Shown piece by piece: positions 50,421-62,827 of a stretch of 64,000 bases of DNA (position 1 is the stretch's first letter; each line of letters begins with the position of its first letter). The notes below the pieces were generated by a model. The model made no database searches and was not told where the DNA came from. It saw only the letters and a program-made list of their open reading frames with translations. A program made the position numbers and the translations under genes. Source of the DNA: Squalus acanthias (Eukaryota); NCBI GenBank assembly GCA_030390025.1, contig CM059433.1, forward strand, positions 30,630,001-30,694,000, in the 5' to 3' direction.

Positions 50421-50486
50421 GGAAGTGGTAAACCTCATAATGATCGCTGCAGCACTCTGTGCCCACACCATATGACAGTTTATACT

Positions 50487-50492
50487 GTCAGC

Positions 50493-50530
<38 letters not shown>

Positions 50531-50953
50531 AGGTTGTGGTTTCAAGTCCAAGTCCAAAGACTTAAGCACAAAAATCTAGACTGACATTCCAGTGCTATAT
50601 TGAGGGAGTGCTGCACTGTCAGAGGTCGTCTTTTGGATGAAATGTTCAACTGAGGCCCCAATTGCCCTCTCAGGTTGACGTAAAAGATTCCATGGCACTA
50701 TTCAAAGAAGAGAAAGGGAGCTATCCCCGGTGTCCTGGCCAATATTTATCCCTCAATGAACATCAATAAAAAAAGATTATCTGGTCATTATTACATTGCA
50801 ATTTTTGGGGGCTTGCTGTACACAAATTAGCAGCCATGTTTTCTACATTACAACAGTGACTACACTTCAAAAAGTACTTCATTGGCTGTAAAACGCTTTG
50901 GGATGTCCTGAGGTCATGAAAAGCGCTATATAAAAATACAAGTCTTTCTTTCT
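50487..50953 (+). mobile_element. DeuSINE, full length
   Basis: TGGCTCAGTGG A box, TTCAAGTCC B box, core and tail. Confidence 0.9.
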
Positions 50954-51149
50954 AAGTTTCCGCGATATAAATAGAATGAATTGTGAACAAGAGCAAGTTG
51001 CAAAGATGTAGCTTGCTCAAGGTCTCCTGACATTGTCAAGGCTCCCCCTTCCCCCCCACCCCACCCCCTCTGAAAACATATGTCACAGTCATTTCTATGT
51101 AATGGATACCTCCTCTCAATCTTTGTGCTTTAGTACCAAGGTCTTGGTG

Positions 51150-51548
51150 AGTGTGCAAATGAGATTTATTGAAAGGATACCGGGGATGAGGGACTTCAGT
51201 TATATGGAGAGACTTGAGTAGCTGGGTTTGTTCTCCTAGAGGAGATTTATTAGAGGTGTTCAAAATTATGAGGGGTTTTGATAGAGTAGACAGGGAGAAA
51301 CAGAGATGAGGAGACATGTTTTTATGCAGCGACTTGCTGTGATCTGGAATGCACTGCCTGAAAGGGTGGTGGAAGCAGATTCAATAGTAACTGTTAAAAA
51401 GGGAATTGTATGAATACTTGAAAATGAAAAATTTGCAGGGCTTATGTGGAAAGAGCAGGTGAATGGGGCTAATTGGATAGTTGTGACAAACAGCTGACAC
51501 AGGCACGATGGGCCGAATGGCCTCCTTCTGTGCTATAAGATTCTATCA
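51150..51548 (+). mobile_element. CR1 3' fragment with internal deletions
   Basis: RIPGMRDFSYMERLE; gggccgaatggcc hairpin. Confidence 0.85.
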
Positions 51549-51829
51549 TACCTGGACGTCGTCTCACTGCCATTTCAGCTTGTTGAGACTGTCATTTCTG
51601 TTCACTGCACTACACGTAGTATGCAGTATATGAACATACAAAGAGGTCACCAGCCCATCGAGCCTACCCTATCTGGATTTGGTAGAGCCACAAACACACT
51701 TCACCCATCCCTGAACCATGGAATCTCCCGGGAGAGGCACAAAAGAAATTAGGAAAAATAAAGCTCTGGAAAATTCTTCTCCAACTCTAAGACAATGAAG
51801 TAAGCCTATGGGAAACAACCCTGTTGCCC

Positions 51830-52320
51830 GTTTCGTAACTTGTACCAAGTCCCGTTCGCCCATCACCCCTGTGCTCGCGGACCTACATTGGCTTCAGGTC
51901 CGGCAACGCCTCAATTTTAAAATTCTCATCCTTGTGTTCAAATTCCTCCATGGCCTCGCCCCTCCCTATCTGTAGCTTCCTCCAGCCCTACAATCCTCCG
52001 AAATCTCTGCGCTTTTCCAATTCTGGCCTTTGCACATCCCCGATTTTCATCGTTCCACCATTGGCGGCCGTACCTTCAGCTGTCTAGGACCCAAGCTCTG
52101 GAATTTCCTCCCTAAACCTCTCCACCTCTCCACCTCCCGCTCCTCCTTGAAGTCACTTCTTAAAACCTACCTCTTTGACCAACCTTTTGGTCACCTTTCC
52201 TAATATCTTCCTATGTGGCTCAGTTATTTTGTTTGACAATTCCTCCTGTGAAACGTCTTGGCATGTTTTACTACGTTAAAGGCGCTATATAAATGCAAGT
52301 TGTTGTTGTCGCTGTTGTTG
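51830..52320 (+). mobile_element. L2 LINE 3' end
   Basis: PITPVLADLHWL..FKILILVFK; aaaggcgctatataaatgcaag(ttg)n. Confidence 0.92.
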
Positions 52321-53607
52321 GGAGGCCACCATAACCCATTACTCATCATCCCAACCAACTAACAATGTACCCTCTATAAGTGGAAATGTCCTCATCACTG
52401 AGGAACTTGTCTAGCTCCATTTTAAAGAACTGCAGCTAATCCCTGCCCAGTAGAGAAGGTTATGACGATAGTATCCCTGCTGACAGGGTGATGTGGCGTG
52501 ACTGGAAAGGATTTTTTTTGGAATAATGAAACATCTACCTTCTGTATGAAATGAACTGTACTAGACTTCATAGATTTGTTAGACAAGATAAACCATTTCT
52601 GTTTCTTTACTGCAGTTAATTGAAAGGACTATTATCTTCTGTAGTTTCGTTTGATAACGACCAGTGCTGTTCACAGTGGCTGCAAACCGTTGCACATTAG
52701 TTCTGGCTCATCACAAGAAAGCAAACCTGATATAATTATAAATATGCCTGTGCTCATTATTTGCCTGAATTGGAGTCAATTACACAGACAATGGCATCTA
52801 ATGAAAGTTTGAAGCAATCACAAATTATTATATGAATGACATCATACTGTGTCTCACAACCCCCATTGGATTAACAGCAATTTTTTTTTGAAGTGTATTA
52901 ATAGTGAGGCATTTGAATAAACCACAGTCTATTGCATATTAAATGATGCATTCTTTTGGCGCTGCCACCAGTGTAAACTAGTAATTGCTTTTTGACAGAA
53001 TGTCATGTGACTTTGTGAAATTCACATACACGTCAAGTGAGCAAGGAGACTGAAACTGGACATAAAACTCAATGCACCGCGACCGAATATTTCAGACCGC
53101 GGTGCTTACATGCTGCTTGTCAGCCAGAGCATTAGAACATTGGATGAATGGGACCGAGATAAAACCCCAGTTGCAACTGCACCCCTCCTGAATCTATGGG
53201 CAATTCCATAGAGATTTAGCCCCTTGTGTTCCACATGGAAGGTCCCGCTACTATACAGAGGTCGTCAGTGCTGCTTTCACTGCCAGAATTTGCTAAACAA
53301 CTGAGAAAATACAGGATTCATCCAGGCTGGAAACTCCTAACTGTTGGTTCATTTCTGATTTTAACATGGGGGGGAGAGGGGTAGGAGGGGAGAGGGCAAG
53401 AAAGTGAATTCAAGGAAGGAAAGAAGTCATTACAAAGTCAACAAAATGGGAAAGATGAAAGAATGAATCAATAAGCAAAAACAGTATGAAGAGAAGGTAG
53501 CAAAAAAAACATAGAAAAGCCACTGTTTACTTTTTTTAAATAAAAATACAGCTTGGATCAAAATATCTTAGCACTTAAAGTATCTCTGTAATTCTCTTGA
53601 GGGTATA

Positions 53608-56330
53608 CATAGATACATAGAAGATAGGAGCAGGAGTAGGCCATCCGGCCCTTCGAGCCTGCTCCGCCATTTAATGAGATCATGGCTGATCCTCCAATTC
53701 AGTATCCCGTCCCCGCCTTCTCTCCGTAACCCTTAACCCCTTTTGCCTGTAGAAATATATCTAATTCCCTCTTAAATATATTTAATGAGCTGGCGTACAC
53801 TGCCCTCTGTGGCAATGAGTTCCACAGGTTCACCACCCTCTGAGTGAAGAAATTCCCCCTCATTTCTGTCCTAAATGGTTTAGCCCTTATCCTTAAATTA
53901 TGTCCTCTAGTTCTGTTCTCACCCGCCAAGGGAAACATTCCTTCTGCATCTAGTCTGTCTAGACCTGTCAGAATTTTATACACTTCTATGAGGTCCCCTC
54001 TCAATCTTCTAAACTCCAGTGTGTACATCCCTAAACTACATAGTCTCTCCTCATAGGTCAATCCCGCTATTCCTGGTATCAGCCTGGTGAATCGCCGCTG
54101 CACCCCCTCCATGGCAAGAACATCTTTCCTCAGATGAGGCGACCAAAACTGTACACAGTACTCGAGGTGTGGTCTCACCAGTGCCCTGTACAGCTGCAGC
54201 AAGGTATCCCTGTTCCTGTATTCCAACCCTTTTGCTATGAAGGCCAGCATACCGTTTGCCTTCTTGACCGCCTGTTGCACCTGCATGCTCGCCTTCAGTG
54301 ACTGGTGTACAAGAACACCCAGGTCTCTCTGTACTTCCCCCTCTCCCAATTTATTGCCATTTAAATAATAATTTGCCCTCCCATTCCTGCACCCAAGGTG
54401 GATAACTTCGCACTTGTCCACATTATAGTGCATCTGCCATTTATCCGCCCAATCACCCAGTCTGTCCAAATCGCTCTGGAGCTTCCTGGTCTCCTCCTCT
54501 GAGCCCACCCCCCCTCCTAGTTTAGTGTCGTCTGCAAATTTGGAAATGCTGCATCCGACTCCCTGATCCAGGTCATTAATGTAAATTGTGAACAGCTGGG
54601 GACCCAGGACAGATCCCTGTGGTACCCCACTTGTTACTGCCTGCCATTCAGAAAATGAGCCGTTTATTCCAACTCTCTGTTTTCTATCTGACAGCCAGTT
54701 CTCTATCCACGTCAATACTTTCCCCTTTATCCCATGAGCTTCAATTTTCCATGCTAATCTTTTATGTGGGACCTTGTCGAAGGCCTTTTGGAAGTCCAGG
54801 TACACCACATCTACTGGCTCTCCCCCATCTATTTTACCAGTTACTCCCTCAAAAAATTCCAATAGATTAGTCAAGCACGATTTACCCTTTGTAAATCCAT
54901 GTTGACTCTGTCCTATCCTGTCCCCATTTGCTAAGTGCTCCGCTATTTCATCCTTAATGATGGACTCCAGCATTTTGCCCACAACTGATGTAAGGCTTAC
55001 AGGTCTGTAATTACCTGCTTTTTCCCTACCCCCCTTTTTGAATAGTGGGGTAACGTTAGCTACCCTCCAATCCATGGGCACTGTTCCCGAGTCTAATGAA
55101 TTCTGAAAAATCATACTTAGTGCATCCGCTATCTCTAGGGCCACCTCCTTCAGTACCCTAGGATGCATGTTATCAGGCCCTGGGGATTTGTCCGCCTTCA
55201 ATCCCTTTAGCTTCCTTAACACCATATCCTTAGAGATATTGATTTGCGTCAGTTCCTCCTTTGCCAATGTCCCTATTTTTCCCGATATCCCAGGGAGGTT
55301 TTTTGTGTCTTCCTTCGTAAAGACTGACCCAAAGTATGCATTTAGTTGGTCTGCCATTTCCTTATTTCCCGTTATATATTCCCCCGTATCTGACTGCAAT
55401 GGACCAACTTTGGTTTTCACCAGTCTTTTCCTCTTGATATACTTATAAAAGCTTTTGGAGTTAGTTTTTATATTTTCCGCCAGCTTGCTTTCGTAAGCTA
55501 TTTTGCCCCTCTTGATTAAGCCCTTTGTCCTCCTTTGCTCTATCTTATACTGTTCCCAATCTTCCGCTCTGGAGCTTTTTTTGGCTATTTTATACGCCCT
55601 ATCTTTGGATTTTATGCTGTCTCTAATTTCCCCTGTTATCCACGGTTGAGTCACCTTTTTAGATTTCCTTTTATGCCAGATTGGTATAAACAATTTTTGC
55701 AATTTTGTCATTCTATCTTTAAATGCTTGCCATTGTTTATCTACCTCCAGTCCTCCCAGGAACGTTGTCCAATCAGACCTACTCAGTTCCCGTCTAATGG
55801 CATCATAATTCCCCTTGTTTAAATTCAGGACCTTAGTCTCTGAGTCAATTTCTTCGCTCTCCATTTCGAGTGAGAAATCGATCATGTTATGATCGCTCTG
55901 ACCCAAGGGTCCCCGTACAACAAGATTACTAATTAGTCCCTTCTCATTGCACAGTACCCAGTCCAATATAGCCTGTTCCCGAGTTGGTTCCTCGACATAT
56001 TGATCCAGATAACCATCCCTTAAACACTCAAGGAATTCCTCCTCCTCATTATTTTTACTGATTAGGCTAGTCCAATCTATATGTAAGTTAAAGTCACCTA
56101 TGATGACAGCTGTGCTCTTATTGCACGCTTCTCTAATTTCCCTCGTGATGCCCTCGTGATGCCCTCCCCAACCTCTATTTTACTATTTGGAGGCCTATAT
56201 ACCACTCCTATTAATGTTTTTCGCCCCTCGCTATTTCTTAGCTCCACCCATATAGATTCTGTATTAACTGAGTTAATATCCTTCCTTTCAATTGCATTTA
56301 TCCCCTCTTCTACCAGCAATGCTACCCCTC
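53608..56330 (-). mobile_element. Young CR1 LINE, 5'-truncated within the endonuclease domain
   Basis: 755-aa ORF 53699-55966; frame stays open upstream to ~56150 (IIGDFN); 11-bp duplication at 56140-56161 shifts frame from YRPP segment. Confidence 0.98.
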
Positions 56331-56605
56331 TTTTGGGAAAACGATCTCTATTTTTTTTAATCAACACTCATACTCTTCCATGTGAAACCCCCGCCTGTTT
56401 TCCACCAATTGCAATCTTCCACCACTTTGACGCCAGTATTAATACCGGAAATCGGTCGCCTCCCGACTTACCCCTGACGATGCAGGATTCACACTTCCGA
56501 AGTGGCTCAACAGCTCCTTCACAACCGATGGCTGTTGAGTGTGCAGTTCTCGGGGCTGCTACAGCTCAAGCACCCACAAGAAAACCTCGCTTCACCAACA
56601 GGCTG

Positions 56606-56892
56606 TACAACAACAATTTGCATTTATATAGCACCTTTACCCATGTAAAACGTCCCAAGGTGCTTCACGTGAGCATTATCAAACTAAAGTTGACACCGAG
56701 CCTCAAAAGGAGATATTAGGGCAGATGACCTAAAGCTTGGTCAAAGAGGTAGGTTTTAAGGAGCGTCTCAAAGGAGGAGAGAGAAGTAGAGAGGTTTAGT
56801 GAGGGCATTCCAGAGCTTGGGGCCTAGTCACCTGAAGGCACAGCTGCCAATGGTGGAGTGAAGAAAATCGGGGATCCGCAAGAGGCCAGAAC
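56606..56892 (-). mobile_element. L2 LINE 3' end
   Basis: Reverse match to 51830-52320. Confidence 0.88.
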
Positions 56893-57084
56893 TGTGCATG
56901 CGGTCCTAGTGAGAAGAGAGAGAGAGGATCCTTTCGGTTCAGTGGGTGTTAACACCACCATGGACAGGTGGCCAGCATTCTTGCTTGGAGGTCACCAACT
57001 GGAGTGAATTGCTATGTCTCTCAACTCCCCTGGGCCGGGAGTAAGGCTGAGAAAAAGTTCAATGAGTTGTGGAAATATACAAAG

Positions 57085-57531
57085 GTAAATCATCAGGATA
57101 CATAGAACAGACTGGGGTACTTTTCTCTAGAAAAGAGAAGGCTGAGGGATGACCAGATAGAGGTCTTTAAAATTATGAAGAGGTTTGATAGGGTGGACAT
57201 AGAGAAGATGTTTCCTCTTGTGGGGGGGAATCCAAAACTAGGGGCCATAAATATAAGATAGTCACTAATAAATCCAATAAGGAATTCAGGAGAAACTTCT
57301 TTACCCAGACAGTGGTGAGAATGTGGAACTCGCTACTACAAGGAGTAGTTGAGGCGAATAGCATAGATGCATTTAGGGGAAAGTTAGATAAGCACATGAG
57401 GGAGAAAGGGATAATATTATGCTGATAGGGTTAGATGAACTAAATAGAGTGGGCGGAGGCTCCTGTAAAGCAGCATGGACCAGTTGGGCTGAATGGCCTG
57501 TTTCTGTGCTGTAAATTCTATGTAATTCTAT
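57085..57531 (+). mobile_element. CR1 3' fragment
   Basis: Subfamily of 32626; ttctatgtaattcta tail. Confidence 0.88.
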
Positions 57532-58067
57532 ATAAACCAAGACTATTATATATAAAAGAAGGGTCAAAGGGTAGACTTGGACTGTAAAGGCATCTACGGC
57601 AAGCTGCTTGTAAGATTTGTCCTATTGTCATCGCGACATGATGCAAATATGGTGTGACAGTTGCAATTAATGTGCAACTGTGTTACAAATAGCACAGTAT
57701 CCTCACATATGTGGGAGGATGGGGAATTCAACCTGGCTGCTTCTGGGAATTCACAGTTGTAAGGATAGCAAGGACTGTCCGACAAAGGCAGCAGCCTCTC
57801 CGGCAGTGGAGGGAGAGGTGTTGCATAAAGAGGAAATAACTGCATCCACTGTCATTCACATCTTCAGTTTGAAATGGTGCCAATGAATTAGTATGCCCCA
57901 TACATGATCTGAAACAGCAAGGCTTGAATATCATTGTGATCTTTGGAGTTTAAAGTGCTGACCGTTTCTCACCCGTACAAATAAGACAGCTACATCAGTG
58001 CACTTTCTTTTAGCAGCGCCACTAGTTAAAACAGAATACTTTTGCTTCTGCTGGTCACAGTTGGCAT

Positions 58068-58443
58068 ACAACAACAACAACAACTTGCATTTATATAGCA
58101 CCTTTAACCTAGTAAAATTGTCCCAAGGTGACACACAAAGTGATATTAGGACAGGTGACCAAAGACTTGGCCAAAGAGGGAGGTTTTAAGGAGCGTCTTA
58201 AAGGAGGAGAGAGAGGTGGCGAGGTTTAGTGAGGGAATTTCAGAGCTTAGGGCCGAGGCATCTGAAGGCACAGCCGCCAATGGTGGAGCGATGAAAATCG
58301 AGGATGCGCAAGAGGCCAGAATTGGCAGAAAGCAGAGCTCTTGGAGGGTTGGAGGGCTGGAGGAGATTACAGAGATAGTGAGGGGAGAGGCCATGGAGGG
58401 ATTTAAAATCAAGGATGAGAATTATAAAATCGAGGTTGCCGGC
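58068..58443 (-). mobile_element. L2 LINE 3' end
   Basis: (CAA)n tail and ORF2 C-terminal match. Confidence 0.88.
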
Positions 58444-58562
58444 AGATAAACAAAGACATCTGTTCGCTCACATACATAGATAAATAAGTACATCTTGTAA
58501 TCTTTTTACTGCCCATCTTTGCAAGCTGTGGGTTTTCATTGCAAAGGCTAACAATATATCTG

Positions 58563-59040
58563 TACATTACATAGGATATACAACACAGAAACAGGCCATT
58601 CGCCCAACCAGTCCATGCTGATGTTTATGCTCCACTCAAGCCTCCTCCCGTCTTTCCTCATCTAACTCTATCAGCATAACCCTCTATTCCCTTCTCCCTC
58701 ATATGCTTGTCTAGCCTCCCCTTAAATGCATCTATACTATTCGCTTCAACCACTCCCTGTGCTAGCGAGTCCCACATTCTCACCACTCTCTGGGTTAAAG
58801 AAGTTTCTTCTGAATTCCCTATGTGATTTCTTGGTGATTATCTTATATTGATGGCCTTTAGTTTTGCTCTCTGTATCTACTCTATCAAAGCCTTTCATAA
58901 TTTTAAAGACCTCTATTAGGTCACCCCTCAGTCTTCTCTTTTCAGCCTGTTCATCCTTTCCTGATAGGTATACCCTCGCATTTCTGGTATTATCCTTGTA
59001 AATTTTCTCTGCATCCTCTCCAGTACCTCTATATCCTTTT
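58563..59040 (-). mobile_element. CR1 3' fragment
   Basis: Reverse match to 33830-34334. Confidence 0.88.
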
Positions 59041-59714
59041 TATTTTTGTATTTTTCCATTATTAAGTATCTCTGCCACCAAGTAGTTAGTGCTACCAAAG
59101 TAAACTTCCGGGATAGTATTTCATCTGTGAGTAACCTGATTTTAAATTACTGAAAATGACTTAAAAAAAACTATACCGAACCATTTAATAGTTTCATTGG
59201 TGTACACAAGGCAGTTTCCAGTTTTTTAGTAAATTAAATATTTTTTGATATGTAGAAACTTTTAAAACGTGCTCACTAGTGCCTGTGCATCTAAGAAAAT
59301 GAGCGCAGTCTGAAGAGCCTATCCGAACCAGCACAAGTGGCAGAATCTCCCAATTCCAACCTGGGGGGGGGTGGCCAATTTTGTGGGCGGGGCCTGATCC
59401 GGGTGAATTGAATCTTAAAGCAGCGTAAAAGATCGCGGAAAACACGAACGCAAGTGGTTTTGGACGTAACTCACTGACGTTTAAAATTCCCCGATCTTTT
59501 GCGCTGGTTGGGCCGATTGCGCTGGATTCTGGGCGCATAACTGGCAGAAACTCGAGGCCCAAGAATCATTTAAGTTCAGAACTTTTGTTTAAAACTTCTC
59601 TTATTCATGTTTGATGGGAACAATGCTTTCCGAACTTGCTACTTTTTATACTCACAAACAACCATTGTTCACAAAAATAACAAAAAAGCAGCCGCTGCAA
59701 CCACATACTTTAGA

Positions 59715-60250
59715 GAAACGTAGACGTGGGGTGATTTGATCGAGGTTTCTAAGATGATGAAGGGACTAGGCTGTGTTTGTGTAGACCAATTGATTCGACT
59801 GGATAGGTTAGGGAGGACCAGGGGTCACAATCTCAAGTTATGTAAGGCCAGATCTAGGTTAGATGTCAGGAGGTGGCTCTTTTCCCAGAGAATAGTTGAC
59901 CTCTGGAATGGCTGGTGCTGTGAACGCCGTTGAATTCTTTCAAGTGAGAGCTGGACCTGTTTCTGGCTGGGGTGGAGATCACCTCCTACAAGAGGTAGGT
60001 ACCTGGTAATGTTAATCAGGGCCAGAGTGGTCTCCTGGACTAGTTTCGATCGCCTAAGGGGGTTAGGAGAGTAATTTTCCAGATTTTTCCCACCTAATTG
60101 GCCTGTGTTTTCATCTAGTTTTTCATCCCTCCCAGGAGATCACATGGTTTCGGCTGGGGTGGGGATTGTATATGTCGTGATGCACAAAGTATAACAATTA
60201 TGTGGGACAGGCGGGATAGACCAGAGGGTCTTTTCCTGTCCATCATTTTG
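59715..60250 (+). mobile_element. CR1 3' fragment, long-3'UTR subfamily
   Basis: GDLIEVSK..RTRGHNLKL..FSQRIVDLWN followed by a distinct ~250-nt UTR. Confidence 0.8.
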
Positions 60251-61596
60251 TGTATGCTGCTATTTAGAACATATTACAGCATATGAAGTCCTGCTGAGCC
60301 ATTCTCCACTCACCAGTTTGTCTTTAGCTGTATCTGTATCCAGCTTGCTGTCGACTGCAGTTACAGGATGAGCTAGCATACAAAATTCACATTCTTTGCC
60401 TTCAAGACTACTTCAGAAAAAGCTGAAGCTGTCATCTTGTTCTGATATCTTATTAAAAATAATACTGGCTATTCCTAATAATGGTTTCCCTGAGGGTGTT
60501 TTATTCTCAGTGATTGGTGGACCGTGGCTTAGAAACGGCAAGTGTGCTGCTCTGCGAATGGCCAATCTCGCTGTCAATCAGACATCGCTGGAGGTCATAC
60601 GCTCAAATGCATGCTGTGAGCTGTAGCCTGTTGACTTGAGTCATCCCAGTTAAAAGTGAGGGGGTGTGGCAACCTACAGAAACTCAGAAGTTCAGACTTC
60701 CCATATAGGCACAGGCATCTGATGAATGACATTAGGGCAAAGCCAGTGATTCTGCACTTCGAGTGGGAGTGTGGATCAGAGACAGGGCTATTACTTTGTA
60801 GCCCTGATTCTCCAACCAGTGCCCCCTTAAGAATGACTTCCAACGATACTGTAATATCGCATTCATCCCCAGCTGTGATTTCCCCTATCTGCTGAGAAGA
60901 CTTTAATGAGACCAGGCTAATTATAAATTAGCAAGCTGGTTTATTTTTCAAATGTGCTGAGTGAACATCGAAACATTTCCAAAATCAGTCGCAATTCACT
61001 GTTAACACTTCTCATAATATAGAAAAGGAAACAAGGTATGCCACACTGTCCCTGTTACTGGGACTAAATTCAACTTTTCTGACCAGCCTTCTCACTGAAT
61101 CTCTTTAAATATTGGCCAGGACACCAGGGAGAACTCCCCTGCTCTTCTTCAAAATAGTGCCACTATTGCTTGCATCATTTCAAAAGATGGATAATATCAG
61201 CCATGACAGACACTTATTGTGAAAGGTAAAACTATTAAATGGTTCTATCCATGTTCAAAAGCAAGCAGTACAAGAGAGATATTGAACAATCCAATGCAGT
61301 ACCAGGAGCCTGGGAACAATCAAGGGGTTAATCAAACAAATCAGTCCGACAAGATCCTTTGAATTCTTCTTACAGATCTTGATAAAGTGCTTCTCAGAAA
61401 AAAATAAGCAATCTTGTTTCTCTGCAAAAATGAAATATAGTCTTTGTACGAACTGTACAAGAATAAATTTATAAAGCTTCACTCACCCCAAGGCTTCATG
61501 ACAAGACAAGCCCAACTGCAAATACATGAGATGTGCTGATTTTTTTATACTCAATTCCTATGAAGAATATTTTCTTTGCAGACAGTTTGATCGGAA

Positions 61597-62093
61597 AACA
61601 GCAACAACTTGCATTGATATGGCATCTTTAACATAATAAAACCTCCGAAGGCGCTTCACTATTCTCTACCCCAGAGGGCTGTGGATGCTAAGCCATTGAG
61701 TATATTCAAGGCTGGGATCGCTAGATTTTTGGGCTCTCGGGGAATCAAGAGATATGGGGATAGGGCAGGAAACTGGAGTTTTTAAAAATTCTTTTATGGG
61801 ATGTGGGCGTCGCTGGCAAGGCCAGCATTTATTGCCCATCCCTAATTGCCCTTGAGTTGAGGTCGAAGATAAGCCATGATATTATTGAATGGTGGAGCAG
61901 ACTCGAAGGGCCAGATGGCCTACTCCTGCTCCTAATTCTTCTGTTCACAGGAATGTAATTAGACAAAAAGTTGACAACTGAGCCAAAGAAGGAGACATTT
62001 GGCCAGGTGACCAAAAGCTTGGCCAAAGAGGCAGGTTTTAAGGAGCATCTTAATGGAGGAGGGAGAGGCAGAGAGGTTTAGGGAGGGAATTCC
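61597..62093. mobile_element. Nest: L2 tail (-) split by CR1 3' end (+, 61660-61943), itself split by a Crack-like tail (-, 61781-61854)
   Basis: TTCAC and GAGTT duplicated at the respective junctions. Confidence 0.8.
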
Positions 62094-62257
62094 AAAAAAA
62101 GATGATTGACCCAAGAACAGCAACAGTCCTTACAATCTATAGACAAGAAGTCCTGAGATGTTGATGAGTAATGTTAATATACATTGTCTGGTTTTGGGCA
62201 ATATGACATTATTTCAACTCTCAATACACATATCATTTACATAGTAGTGTTGATTTA

Positions 62258-62635
62258 CATAGAATTACATAGATTTTACAGCACAGAAACAGGCCATTTG
62301 GCCCAACAGGTCTATGCCGGTGTTTATGCTCCACTCGAGCCTCCTCCCACCCCTCTTCATCTCACCTTATCAGCATATCCTTCTATTCCTTTCTCCCTCA
62401 TGCACTTATCTAGCTTCCCCTTAAATGCATCTATGCTATTCTTCTCAACTACACCATGTGGTAGCGAGTTCCACATTCTCACCACTCTCTGAGTAAAGAA
62501 GTTTCTCCTGAATTCCTTATTGGATTTATTAGTGACTATCTTATATTTGTGTCGTCAAGTTTTGAACTCTGCACAAGTGGAGACATCTTCTCTATTTCTA
62601 CCCTCTCAAACCCCTTCAGATTCTTAAATACCTCG
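62258..62635 (-). mobile_element. CR1 3' fragment
   Basis: catagaattacatagattttacagcacagaaacaggcc tail. Confidence 0.88.
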
Positions 62636-62827
62636 ACTAGTTCCTATTCCATTCACACCTTATTCAAAGCACCTTGAACTCAATTGAATTTTCTGATCAG
62701 AAGACAGCGGCCTATCTCGATGGGACTACTGGAAGTGTTCTTGTCGCACATTGTTACATAACAACTTTGTGATCAAGCATTAACATGTCCCTGTCCCTTT
62801 CAAAGAGGCACAGGGCTACAAGATACT

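Noticed and set aside
56156..56719. 187-aa plus-strand ORF
   Set aside because: Chimera of antisense CR1, intervening DNA and an L2 tail
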